The position numbers and the translations under genes were made by a program. Positions 49,441 to 58,696 of a stretch of 64,000 nt of DNA are shown here, one piece after another; the stretch's first letter is position 1, and every line of letters starts with the position of its first letter. Below the pieces are notes generated by a model. That model worked only from the letters and a program-made list of their open reading frames with translations, was not told where the DNA came from and did no database searches. Source of the DNA: Trueperaceae bacterium (GTDB taxonomy: Bacteria > Deinococcota > Deinococci > Deinococcales > Trueperaceae); the NCBI GenBank assembly GCA_965215565.1, contig CBDCDZ010000004.1, positions 1,248,001 to 1,312,000 of the forward strand. The letters run 5' to 3'.

Positions 49441-50788
49441 GTCAGCGCATGGACCCAAAGGCAGACTACCCGGAGGCACCTTACGCCTCGCCTTCGCAAC
49501 CATCGAGTATCCGCCCGACCCACTCAGCTCGGGCATCGGCACGTACACCCAGACCGTCGCGACGCAGCTCGCCGCGCGCGGACACCGCGTCTTCGTCGTA
49601 ACTAGAAACCACATCGGCGAAGGGAGCGTCACCGAGGAAAATGGCGTCACCGTCTACCGCCTGACGCCCAGACGCCCCACCCTGCCCGACAACTTGGGCA
49701 AAGCTCAACTCGCCCACCTCATCCTCTCAAACGCCGTGGACGAGGTGCACTACCGCCGCAACCTCGCCCGGACGCTCCACATGCTCGTTACGGAGGAGCG
49801 CGTGGACCTCATCGAAGCCGCCGACCACTTCGCCGAGCCGAACCTCTACCGCCCGGCGCGCCACCCCCACGTGCCCTTCGTCGTGCGACTCCACACGCCG
49901 ATGGCGTTCAGCGAGACGATTGACAAGAACATCTCCGAACCCGTGAGGCGTGGGGTGGGCTGGTTTGAGCGCAACCTCATGGAGCGGGCGACGCACTTGA
50001 GCGCTCCGAGCGAAAGCGCAGCAGAGGCGTTTTTAGGGATGTTTGGGCTCGAGCGCCCCGTTGCCGTCTTTCCCAATCCCACCTCTTATGAAATTCGTAA
50101 TGGGCACGGCAACGAGCAAGAGGATAACGACCCTAGCGTGCTCTTTGTCGGACGGGTAACACGCTGGAAGGGTGCGCACCTTCTTATGAAGGCGGTTCCT
50201 GCCGTGCTCGAGCAGGTGCCCAACGCGCGCTTTACTGTAGCGGGCTCAGCGCACGTGCCGACGAACGGGTTTCCCTCGACTGAGGCGTACCTTCTCTCGC
50301 TCGTACCCGAACAATACCAGAGCCGCATTACCTTTTTAGGGCGCGTACCTCACAAGCAACTTACCGAATATTACGAGCGTGCTACCGTCTGCGTCTTTCC
50401 TTCTCTATTCGAAGCGTTTGGCTACACCTGTTTAGAAGCCATGTCCCTTGGTAAAGCAGTTGTAGGAAGTCGAAACGGAGGCATGGCGGACCTTTTAGAA
50501 AATGGCAAAGCGGGTAAACTCTTCACCCCGCCCGACGTGGACGAACTCGCGCGGCACATCGTGACGCTCCTCCAGGATGACACTCTGCGAACCGAACTCG
50601 GCGCACGCGCTTTGGAACGTGTGAAAACGCACTACGCACCGGAGGTGGTGATGGCGCAGACTGAGGCGTTTTACCGTCAAACGGTAGCGGAGCGCGCAGG
50701 TGCGAGTCAAGAAACCTCGAGCCGTTCGGGTCAAAACGTGAGGCGCGGCGAAACAGGGTTCGAGGAAACCACCCTCGACAAGACGTAA
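49433..50788 (+). CDS. GT4 glycosyltransferase
   Basis: EYPP..GIGTY, FVGR..WKG, PSLFEAFGYTCLEAM. Confidence 0.9.
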   Translation: MSRSAHGPKGRLPGGTLRLAFATIEYPPDPLSSGIGTYTQTVATQLAARGHRVFVVTRNHIGEGSVTEENGVTVYRLTPRRPTLPDNLGKAQLAHLILSNAVDEVHYRRNLARTLHMLVTEERVDLIEAADHFAEPNLYRPARHPHVPFVVRLHTPMAFSETIDKNISEPVRRGVGWFERNLMERATHLSAPSESAAEAFLGMFGLERPVAVFPNPTSYEIRNGHGNEQEDNDPSVLFVGRVTRWKGAHLLMKAVPAVLEQVPNARFTVAGSAHVPTNGFPSTEAYLLSLVPEQYQSRITFLGRVPHKQLTEYYERATVCVFPSLFEAFGYTCLEAMSLGKAVVGSRNGGMADLLENGKAGKLFTPPDVDELARHIVTLLQDDTLRTELGARALERVKTHYAPEVVMAQTEAFYRQTVAERAGASQETSSRSGQNVRRGETGFEETTLDKT

Positions 50789-50880
50789 CCCAGATTAGCG
50801 CACCCGTAGCGAGACACGTTATGCTAGGCACGTTGGCGGGCGTGACCACCACCTCGCCGACGCCGCCAGGGAGCCTAACC

Positions 50881-51639
50881 ATGCCTTCGACTATCGACCG
50901 TCCTAAAGACCAACGCAGCGCCGTCCACGCCGACGCGCTCAGCAAGCGCTTTCACTTGGGGAGCGAAGTCGTGGACGCGCTTATCGAGGTTGACTTGAGC
51001 GTGCCCAAGGCTGAGTTTTTGGCGGTGATGGGTCCCTCGGGCAGCGGCAAGAGTACCTTATTACACATTTTAGGGCTTTTGGAAAAGCCCGACGCAGGCG
51101 AGGTCCGCTTGGACGGACAGGCGACGGGCGCTTTGGACGACGACGCCTTGACCAAAATCCGCCGCGAGCAACTTGGCTTCATCTTTCAAAACTTTGAACT
51201 CATCCCGAACTTGAGCGCGAAAGAGAACATCTTGCTGCCCGCTGAGGTGGCGGGCCGCAAGAAGGAAGCGGAGCGCAGGCTGCAGGATTTGGCGGCGCAG
51301 CTAGGTCTGGAGAGCCGCTTGAACCACCGTCCGAATCAACTTTCGGGCGGTCAGCAGCAGCGCGTGGCGATTGCGCGGGCGCTCATCAACGAGCCCGTCG
51401 TGATCTTGGCGGACGAGCCCACGGGCAACCTGGATACGAGTACGGGCAATGAGGTCTTGGACCTCTTACGGCGCGGCGTCCGGGAAGAGGGCTGGACCGT
51501 CATCATGGTCACGCACGATCCGAAAGCGGCGCTGTTTGCAGAGCGCATCATCTTCTTGCGCGATGGGCGCATCGTCGGCGAGACGCGCACGGACGAGGCG
51601 GAGGCGAGAACGCGCATCGAGGACTTCGTCGGCGTATAA
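50881..51639 (+). CDS. ABC transporter ATP-binding protein (LolD/MacB type)
   Basis: GPSGSGKS, LSGGQQQR, ADEPTGNLD, VTHD. Confidence 0.93.
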   Translation: MPSTIDRPKDQRSAVHADALSKRFHLGSEVVDALIEVDLSVPKAEFLAVMGPSGSGKSTLLHILGLLEKPDAGEVRLDGQATGALDDDALTKIRREQLGFIFQNFELIPNLSAKENILLPAEVAGRKKEAERRLQDLAAQLGLESRLNHRPNQLSGGQQQRVAIARALINEPVVILADEPTGNLDTSTGNEVLDLLRRGVREEGWTVIMVTHDPKAALFAERIIFLRDGRIVGETRTDEAEARTRIEDFVGV

Positions 51640-51684
51640 CTCACTTGGTTGAGATTCGTTGCGTTCAAGCTCGAGCCCATCTCC

Positions 51685-51875
51685 TAACGGTTCCACAACA
51701 CACTGAGACAAAGTGTCACAGGTACCATCTCAGAATGTACGTGCGAATTTCTGAAAGCTGCGCAGCAGTCTGAAAGCCCGCAGGGACGGAGTTTTCCGAT
51801 TACGTAGTTTTTGCGCAGCAAAAGGAAACGGTGCTTCGTGTAGTGAGAGCGTTTCCGACCAGATGATACCCACTA
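51685..51875 (-). mobile_element. MITE-like repeat family A copy
   Basis: taacggttcc...gaccagatgatacccacta. Confidence 0.78.
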
Positions 51876-52075
51876 TCTAATATAATTTTTCGCACTGATA
51901 TGTAGCCTCATCTTCTTTTCGGGTTATACTCTTAAAGATATTTGGGGCACACTTTATATTCTTATGGCTTTCTCTATACGCTGTTTACCTCTCGATCCTA
52001 TCCGACCCTTCTTTTCGGCTCCGTGCGGCTTGATTCAAGGCGGTCAACCTCGTCAGTCTCACCTCGGGAGCGCGC

Positions 52076-54379
52076 ATGTTTAGAGCCATCGGACGTTTCT
52101 GCAGCGCCTATCCGCGCCTGGTCCTCCTCCTCTGGATACTCATGTTCGCGCTCGCCTTGCCGCTGGCGGGGCGCGTCGGCGAGGTGCTTACGCCGGACGC
52201 GGGCATCGCGCCCGAAAGCGAGGCGCAGCGCGTCGAGGGGACTGTAGCGGACAGCTTCGAGGCGCAGCGCTCGCAGGTCCTCCTCGTGGCGCGTTCAAAC
52301 GTGGAGGATGGCGCGGCGGGTGACGCTGAGGACGAACGCGCCGCGCAGAGCCGCGCGCTCGAGGACGCTTTAGACAGCGTCGCGGCGCTCCCCGGCGTCA
52401 AGGTGACCGACAGCCGCAGCAGCGGCGCGTTTCCCATCCCTACCTTGGAGGACGCAGGGGCGAGCGTCGCGCTCCTCGACCTCTCGGGTTCACAGGCGAA
52501 CTTAGGACACGTCGCGGCGCGGCTGCCGGAAGTGGCGGGGCTCGAGGTCTACCTCACCGCCAACTCGACGGTTGAACATGAGATTCGCGAGATCAGCGAG
52601 CGCGACGCGCTGAGAGCGGAGCGTTACGGCTTGCCGCTCAGCTTGGCAGTTTTAGCTGTCGCTTTCGGCGCGCTCGTCGCCGCGAGCTTGCCACTCGTCG
52701 TCGCGCTCTTCTCCGTCACGCTCTCATTCGCGTTTCTCTTTTTGCTCGGTCAGTTTTTTACGTTCGCCACTTTCGCGCAGATCATCGTGACGATGCTCGG
52801 GCTCGCCACGGGCATCGACTACGCGCTCCTCATCGTCAACCGCTTCCGCGAGGAACTTGGGCGCTCAGAAACCGCTAAGGACGCCGCCATCTTCACCACC
52901 GAAACGGCGGGCAAAGCCGTCGCCTTTAGCGGGCTCACTGTGCTCATTGCACTTTCAGCGCTGCTGGTGCCGCCCCTGCCCTTCGTGCGCTCGATGGGCG
53001 TCGCGAGTATCACCGTCATCCTATTCAGCATGGTGGTTTCGGTCACTGCGCTCCCTGCCGCGCTCACCTTGCTCGGGGCGCGGGTCAACGCGCTTAGGCT
53101 CACGCGCGTGAGCCCCGGCGTGAGGAGCCGCGCCTTTTGGGAGGCTCAGGCGCGGCGCGTGACGCACCGCCCGCTGCTCTGGAGCGTTTTGGGCGTCGCC
53201 GCGCTGCTCCTGATCAGCTTGCCCGCCAAGGAGATGCAGTTGGGCTTTTCGGGCGTGCGCGGGCTCACGCAGAATACCGACACGCGCAAGGCGCACGAAA
53301 TCTTGGACACCCTCGGCTTCAGCAGTTTATTACGCTCCTTCGACGTGCTCATCGACTTCGGCGAGACGGGTTTTTATCACCCTGAGTCGGTGCGCGGTAC
53401 GTCTAAGCTGACGCGGCAGGCCCTAGCTTTAGACGACGTCGACAAGGTCTACTCCCCTACGACGGCGGGGAGCTTCCCCGCGCTTCTCCTCAACAGCTAC
53501 TACGCCACGCAAGCAACGGCGCTGGCGAGCCCAGCCCGTGACCTCGTGAACGCCACGGTCAGCCAAGACGGTCGCTACGCTCTCGTGCGCGTCTTTCCGC
53601 CGAGCGGTATCGCGCCCGCCGAGAGCAACCGGCTCGCGGACACGCTGCGCCTCAGCGCCTACGAACTCGGTCTAGACGTCTCAGTTGGCGGTCCTTACGT
53701 CACGCAGCGCGAGTGGACGAGGACGCTCTACCGGACCTTTCCGTGGGCGCTCAGCCTCGTCTATCTAGCAACCTTCGTCCTCTTGGGACTCGCCTTTCGC
53801 TCGCTCCTCATCCCCATCAAGTCGATTGCGCTCAACACGCTCACCGTGGGCGCGGCGTTCGGCGCGATCACGCTGGTCTTTCAGTTCGGCTGGGGCGGCT
53901 CGCTTCTGGGGCTGGGGGGGGCGCTCGGCTTCGTCGAGTCGAGCGTGCCGATCTTTATCTTCGCCGTCGTCTTCGGTCTCAGCATGGACTACGAGGTCTT
54001 TTTAGTCTCGCGCATCGCCGAGAATCACCGGCGCGGTTTGAGCGACAAAGACGCCGTCGTGCGCGCTGTCGGCACGACGGGCGGCGTCATCACGAGCGCG
54101 GCGCTCATCATGGGCGTGGTCTTTTCGGTTTTTCTCTTCAGCGGCGTCGTTTTTATCAAGACGCTCAGCTTGGGGCTGCTTATAGCCGTGCTCTTAGACG
54201 CGACATTGGTGCGGCTCGTGCTCGTGCCCGCCGTAACGCTCCTCGCGGGAAGGTGGAACTGGTGGCTGCCGCGCCCCCTCGCGCGCTTAGCGGAGCGCAT
54301 CGACTTGAGCCACGATGCGCCGGAACGCGGTGCGTTAGGTCCTGATTCGTTGGGTCCCGAATCGCTGAGCCACGACTGA
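52076..54379 (+). CDS. MMPL family transporter
   Basis: GIDYALLIVNRFREE, FGLSMDYEVFL, DATLVR. Confidence 0.93.
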   Translation: MFRAIGRFCSAYPRLVLLLWILMFALALPLAGRVGEVLTPDAGIAPESEAQRVEGTVADSFEAQRSQVLLVARSNVEDGAAGDAEDERAAQSRALEDALDSVAALPGVKVTDSRSSGAFPIPTLEDAGASVALLDLSGSQANLGHVAARLPEVAGLEVYLTANSTVEHEIREISERDALRAERYGLPLSLAVLAVAFGALVAASLPLVVALFSVTLSFAFLFLLGQFFTFATFAQIIVTMLGLATGIDYALLIVNRFREELGRSETAKDAAIFTTETAGKAVAFSGLTVLIALSALLVPPLPFVRSMGVASITVILFSMVVSVTALPAALTLLGARVNALRLTRVSPGVRSRAFWEAQARRVTHRPLLWSVLGVAALLLISLPAKEMQLGFSGVRGLTQNTDTRKAHEILDTLGFSSLLRSFDVLIDFGETGFYHPESVRGTSKLTRQALALDDVDKVYSPTTAGSFPALLLNSYYATQATALASPARDLVNATVSQDGRYALVRVFPPSGIAPAESNRLADTLRLSAYELGLDVSVGGPYVTQREWTRTLYRTFPWALSLVYLATFVLLGLAFRSLLIPIKSIALNTLTVGAAFGAITLVFQFGWGGSLLGLGGALGFVESSVPIFIFAVVFGLSMDYEVFLVSRIAENHRRGLSDKDAVVRAVGTTGGVITSAALIMGVVFSVFLFSGVVFIKTLSLGLLIAVLLDATLVRLVLVPAVTLLAGRWNWWLPRPLARLAERIDLSHDAPERGALGPDSLGPESLSHD

Positions 54380-54429
54380 TAGGGATTCTGATTGATTCGC
54401 TAACATAGCGAATCAATCAGAATCCCTAT
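54379..54429. terminator. Perfect 24-bp hairpin between convergent genes
   Basis: atagggattctgattgattcgcta-aca-tagcgaatcaatcagaatccctat. Confidence 0.65.
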
Positions 54430-54435
54430 TAACCC

Positions 54436-55329
54436 CTAGCGCAAAAGCCCCGACACTAGACTTTGCGCCGCGAAATCCTGATCCAAAATACCCGGTAAGT
54501 CGAGCGCGAAGCCGCCCAAAATCGCGAACTCCAACCCCCGTCCTGTTTGTAACGTCGCCAGTTGCGAGGCGAGCGTGATCGGGTTGACGTCAATCTGCAA
54601 ACTGAGCGGCGCGCTTCCGCCCGCAGGTAGCGCCTGCGTCACGGCGCGTCCAACGCCGACACGCGCCCCGCCGAGTCTCATATCGAGTTCGGGCGCGCGG
54701 AAGACGTAACCGAGCGGTGTGGGGTTGGACAGCTCGAGTTCCACCCCAATCGTCGCCCTGGTGAGCCCGACGTCGCGCAGTCCTGAACGTTCAGGGACGA
54801 AACGAATGTCGGGCGCGGCCAAGCGAATCGGCTGCGTGATCGTCCCCGACACGAGCGTCGTACTCGGCAGCGTCTGGCGCGTCCCTAAAACCTCTACAGC
54901 AACAGTTCCGTCAAGCTGATAGCGCGTCGGCTCACCGATGATAAGCCCAGCTAAGTCCGCGAGCAGGCTGACACCTCTTTCCAACGGCACGTCCACCTCC
55001 AAAGGTAATTGGGTTGACCCATTCGCCGCCAATGTAAACCCTTCAGTAAAGCTACTTCTAACTGACCTCTTCCCGTTCACAAAGAGGTCGAAGTCCAGCC
55101 CTGCCAACGAAAATCCGAACGAGTTCGGATTCTGCACCTCTAGGTTGAACAAGAACGTCGCACTCGGCGAGCCCACGCCAGGTGGGTTGAGCCGCACCAG
55201 CCCCGAGTTTTGAGTGAGGAGTTTGAAGTTGGGCGCTCTGACAAAGTTATCTACACCAGGAACGCAAGCGTTGAGGAGGAGCGCGAGCAGAAGCAGCGCG
55301 ACGATTCGTAAGGTGCGAAGTCGTTTCAT
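54436..55329 (-). CDS. LEA type 2 (WHy) domain lipoprotein, two domains
   Basis: LNAC lipobox; VQNPNSFG and LSNPTPLG motifs. Confidence 0.8.
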   Translation of the reverse strand: MKRLRTLRIVALLLLALLLNACVPGVDNFVRAPNFKLLTQNSGLVRLNPPGVGSPSATFLFNLEVQNPNSFGFSLAGLDFDLFVNGKRSVRSSFTEGFTLAANGSTQLPLEVDVPLERGVSLLADLAGLIIGEPTRYQLDGTVAVEVLGTRQTLPSTTLVSGTITQPIRLAAPDIRFVPERSGLRDVGLTRATIGVELELSNPTPLGYVFRAPELDMRLGGARVGVGRAVTQALPAGGSAPLSLQIDVNPITLASQLATLQTGRGLEFAILGGFALDLPGILDQDFAAQSLVSGLLR

Positions 55330-55384
55330 GCGCTCAGCTTAACTGAGGGGTTTTTCGCAGGGTTTGAAAAAGTTTACGTTGTGG

Positions 55385-55508
55385 TACCAAAGTGATTTAA
55401 GGGTGTCACAACGTGACATCCTTATACGCTCTATGTTCAGCTTGCTAACGCGCAGCGCGGGTAACTTCGAACGCTCACACACTGTGACACCCCCTTTTCA
55501 GTCTGGTA
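55385..55508. mobile_element. MITE-like repeat family B, copy 2
   Basis: Near-identical to 5536-5659. Confidence 0.8.
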
Positions 55509-55897
55509 TGACGTTGGGCTGAGGTTGAATATTGCTTTTGCACCGTCTTGAATTCGGCGAGCACCAAACTTGAAGAGGTTAGGGGCGTTGCAGCCTCGAG
55601 GTTCAAATTTATTAAACAAGAAGCAATATAATTTAGAAGTGCCTCTTGAGCTGTCTGCAATTTTTGCATTTTGTATGTTTTGTTGACAACATTGAGCCGC
55701 TTTCACCTTGACGCTCTTTCTCGAGACCTGGTATATTTGCACCTTACAGTGCGGATGAGTTCTGTTACTCCCGCTACAGTTAGAGAGGTCTACACAGCTT
55801 TACAGCGAAACTGACGTGCGCGTATAATGCCGCATATTCATAAGCTGAATAGTTTCTACTCGTCAACGCAGTCCAAAAGGTTTACTTTAGGAGGCAC

Positions 55898-56764
55898 ATG
55901 GCACGCACCGTTAAAGGCGGCTTGATTCAAGCGTCGAACCCCATCCCAGGTGACAAAGACCTTCAGAAGATAAAAAAAGCGATGCTGGATAAGCACATCC
56001 CGCTGATTGAAGAGGCCGGCGAACAGGGCGTCGAGGTCTTGTGCCTGCAAGAGATTTTCTACGGTCCCTACTTTTGCCCCTCCCAAGACAGCCGCTGGTA
56101 CACCACCGCCGAGCCTATTCCCGACGGCGAGACCACCCAGATGATGATGGAACTCGCCAAGCAGTACGGCATGGTTATCGTCGTACCCATCTACGAAGAG
56201 GAGATGACGGGCGTCTACTACAACACCGCCGCTGTGATTGACGCGGACGGCAAATACTTGGGTAAGTACCGCAAGACGCACATCCCGCAAGTGGCAGGTT
56301 TTTACGAGAAGTTCTTCTTCCGCCCCGGCAACTTGGGCTATCCCGTCTTCGACACGGCAGTCGGTAAAGTCGGCGTGTATATCTGCTATGACCGTCACTT
56401 TCCTGAGGGGGCTCGAGCCTTAGGGCTCAACGGCGCGGAAATCGTCTTCAACCCGAGCGCGACCGTTGCAGGACTCAGTGAGTATCTGTGGCGGCTCGAG
56501 CAGCCCGCCCACGCCGTCGCGAATGGCTACTTCGTCGGCGCAATCAACCGCGTCGGACACGAAGAGCCCTGGGACATCGGCGAGTTCTATGGTCAGAGCT
56601 ACTTTGTCAACCCGAGAGGTCAGTTCGTAGCCGAGGGCAGCCGCGACCAGGACGAACTCATCGTCGCGGATTTGGATATGTCGATGGTGCGCGAGGTGCG
56701 GGATTTGTGGCAGTTCTACAGGGACAGACGCCCGGAGACGTACGACGAATTGGTGGAGCTTTAG
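55898..56764 (+). CDS. Nitrilase-family beta-ureidopropionase
   Basis: LQEIF, YRKTHIP, ICYDRHFPE; heads the preTA-hydA operon. Confidence 0.88.
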   Translation: MARTVKGGLIQASNPIPGDKDLQKIKKAMLDKHIPLIEEAGEQGVEVLCLQEIFYGPYFCPSQDSRWYTTAEPIPDGETTQMMMELAKQYGMVIVVPIYEEEMTGVYYNTAAVIDADGKYLGKYRKTHIPQVAGFYEKFFFRPGNLGYPVFDTAVGKVGVYICYDRHFPEGARALGLNGAEIVFNPSATVAGLSEYLWRLEQPAHAVANGYFVGAINRVGHEEPWDIGEFYGQSYFVNPRGQFVAEGSRDQDELIVADLDMSMVREVRDLWQFYRDRRPETYDELVEL

Positions 56765-56850
56765 GGAGCGGGTCAGCTAGTCAGCCAGTCAGCACTTCAG
56801 GTTTTTCCCTGACAAGCTGACTAGTTGAAATGCTGAGTTGCCTTTTCGCT

Positions 56851-57240
56851 ATGGACCTTTTACAGCAAGTAGAGAATGCGTTAGCCATTGAAGATGTCTC
56901 ACTTTCACTGACGTCAAAGAATCCAGATGCACTCGCTAGCTTTTACGCCTCTGTCTTCAAGGTTGAGTTTGCGACGCTCATGAGCTTGCGCGGCCCTGAA
57001 TACCATCACGGAAAGTTGGGGGTACTGAAGCTCATAATCAGATGTGATGAAGTTAGAGAAAGCAACGACGAATATGAAGGTGTAAGTCTAGCCTTCACGA
57101 TGAAAGGTATTGAGAAAGTGTACCGAAACGCGCTCGCTCACGGCGCAACACCTGTTGCGGAACCTGGCGAGTTCCTCTCCGCGCAGTTTCGTGACCCGGA
57201 CGGAAACCTGATAGAGATTGTAGAGGCGTTGCCCTTCTGA
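56851..57240 (+). CDS. VOC family protein
   Basis: LASFY, FRDPDGNLIEI. Confidence 0.75.
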   Translation: MDLLQQVENALAIEDVSLSLTSKNPDALASFYASVFKVEFATLMSLRGPEYHHGKLGVLKLIIRCDEVRESNDEYEGVSLAFTMKGIEKVYRNALAHGATPVAEPGEFLSAQFRDPDGNLIEIVEALPF

Positions 57241-58607
57241 TGAATAGCACTCCTTTAGACCTCACCGATTTAGAAACCCGCTTCACCGAACTCAAACCGC
57301 CGATGTCTAAAAATGAGGCTCGAGTCGAAGCCAACCGCTGCTTGTACTGCTTCGACGCGCCTTGCATCACCGCCTGCCCGACCTCGATTGACGTGCCGAC
57401 CTTCATCCGCAAAATCTCCACGGATAATGTTCTGGGCGCGGCGACGACCATCTTGGAAGCCAACCTCATGGGTGCGAGTTGCAGCCGCGTCTGCCCTGTC
57501 GAAGAACTCTGCGAGGGCGCGTGCGTGTTGACAAGCGAACATAAACCCATTGAGATTGGACGCTTGCAGCGCTACGCGATGGACTACATTTACGAGAAAG
57601 GCAAAGTTCCTTTCAAACCTGCGGAGAAGAACAGTAAAAAAGTCGCCATCGTCGGCGCGGGACCCGCTGGGCTCACCTGCGCGGGCGAACTCGCCAAGTT
57701 CGGTTATGACGCTACCGTCTTCGAAAAGAACGATTTACCGGGTGGGCTCTCTACCTATGGCATCGTAGTGATGCGCGAACCGATTCGCGTGGCGCTGCAA
57801 GAGGTTGAATTTGTCAAGAAGCTGGGCGTTGAGGTTAAGACGGGTGTCGCCATTGGGCAAGACATCTCCGCCGATGACCTCTTGAATGACTACGACGCGG
57901 TTTTCATCGGGGCGGGGATGGGCAAGGTTCCGAACTTAGGCATCCCTGGTGAAGATTTGGAAGGCGTCACCGAAGCCCTTTCTTTTATCGCAGAAACCAA
58001 GCTCGCAGAAAAAGAGGGTTTGGACCAACTTAAAAATCTTCCTATCGGTCAAGAGGTTGCGGTTATTGGCGCAGGCAATACGGCGATTGACGCGGCGACG
58101 ATTGCGAAGAGGTTAGGCGCGGAGCGCGTCACTATCGTCTACCGCCGCAGCGAGTTGGAGATGCCTGCGTATACCTTTGAATACGACTTCATCAAGAATG
58201 AGGGCGTCGAGTTTAGGTTTTTGAATCAGCCGCTCGAGATTCAAGGCGAAAACGGCGCAGTCACAGGTCTCAAATGTATCCGCATGGAACTAGGCGAGCC
58301 TGACACGGATGGACGCCGCCGCCCAACTCCGATTGAAGGTAGCGAGTGGGTTTTACCTTGTGACCATGTGATTAAAGCCATCGGACAGGAGAAGCTCACA
58401 CCTCTTCATGAGGCGTTTGGGCTCGAGACCCAAAGTGGCTACATCAAGGTAGACGAAACGCTCCGAACCTCTAAACCCCACGTCTTCGCGGGCGGCGACT
58501 GCATCCGTTTAGAAGGCGACGCGATGACGGTAACAGCGACGGAGGACGGCAAGATTGCAGCGCGGTCTATTCATCAAATGTTGAGCGAAAGTATTTCCAG
58601 TGATTAG
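57240..58607 (+). CDS. preT: Dihydropyrimidine dehydrogenase subunit PreT
   Basis: RCLYCFDAPC...CP, GAGPAG, GAGNTAID; upstream of preA. Confidence 0.9.
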   Translation: MNSTPLDLTDLETRFTELKPPMSKNEARVEANRCLYCFDAPCITACPTSIDVPTFIRKISTDNVLGAATTILEANLMGASCSRVCPVEELCEGACVLTSEHKPIEIGRLQRYAMDYIYEKGKVPFKPAEKNSKKVAIVGAGPAGLTCAGELAKFGYDATVFEKNDLPGGLSTYGIVVMREPIRVALQEVEFVKKLGVEVKTGVAIGQDISADDLLNDYDAVFIGAGMGKVPNLGIPGEDLEGVTEALSFIAETKLAEKEGLDQLKNLPIGQEVAVIGAGNTAIDAATIAKRLGAERVTIVYRRSELEMPAYTFEYDFIKNEGVEFRFLNQPLEIQGENGAVTGLKCIRMELGEPDTDGRRRPTPIEGSEWVLPCDHVIKAIGQEKLTPLHEAFGLETQSGYIKVDETLRTSKPHVFAGGDCIRLEGDAMTVTATEDGKIAARSIHQMLSESISSD

Positions 58608-58680
58608 AGAGGGAAGGTTAAAGAGGAAAGAGAAAAGAAGGACCTACTTTAACCTTTTCTCTTTCCTCTTTTCTCTTCAA
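58608..58680. repeat. Purine/pyrimidine heptamer hairpin, inverted copy of 60477-60538
   Basis: aaggttaaagaggaaagagaaaagaag...actttaacc matches the reverse complement of 60477-60538. Confidence 0.75.
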
Positions 58681-58696
58681 GCTGGAGGCGTCACGA

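Noticed and set aside
55437..55742. Short ORFs in the AT-rich spacer, and the many antisense or shadow ORFs in the track
   Set aside because: They overlap a MITE or well-supported genes and lack motifs; expected in GC-rich DNA.
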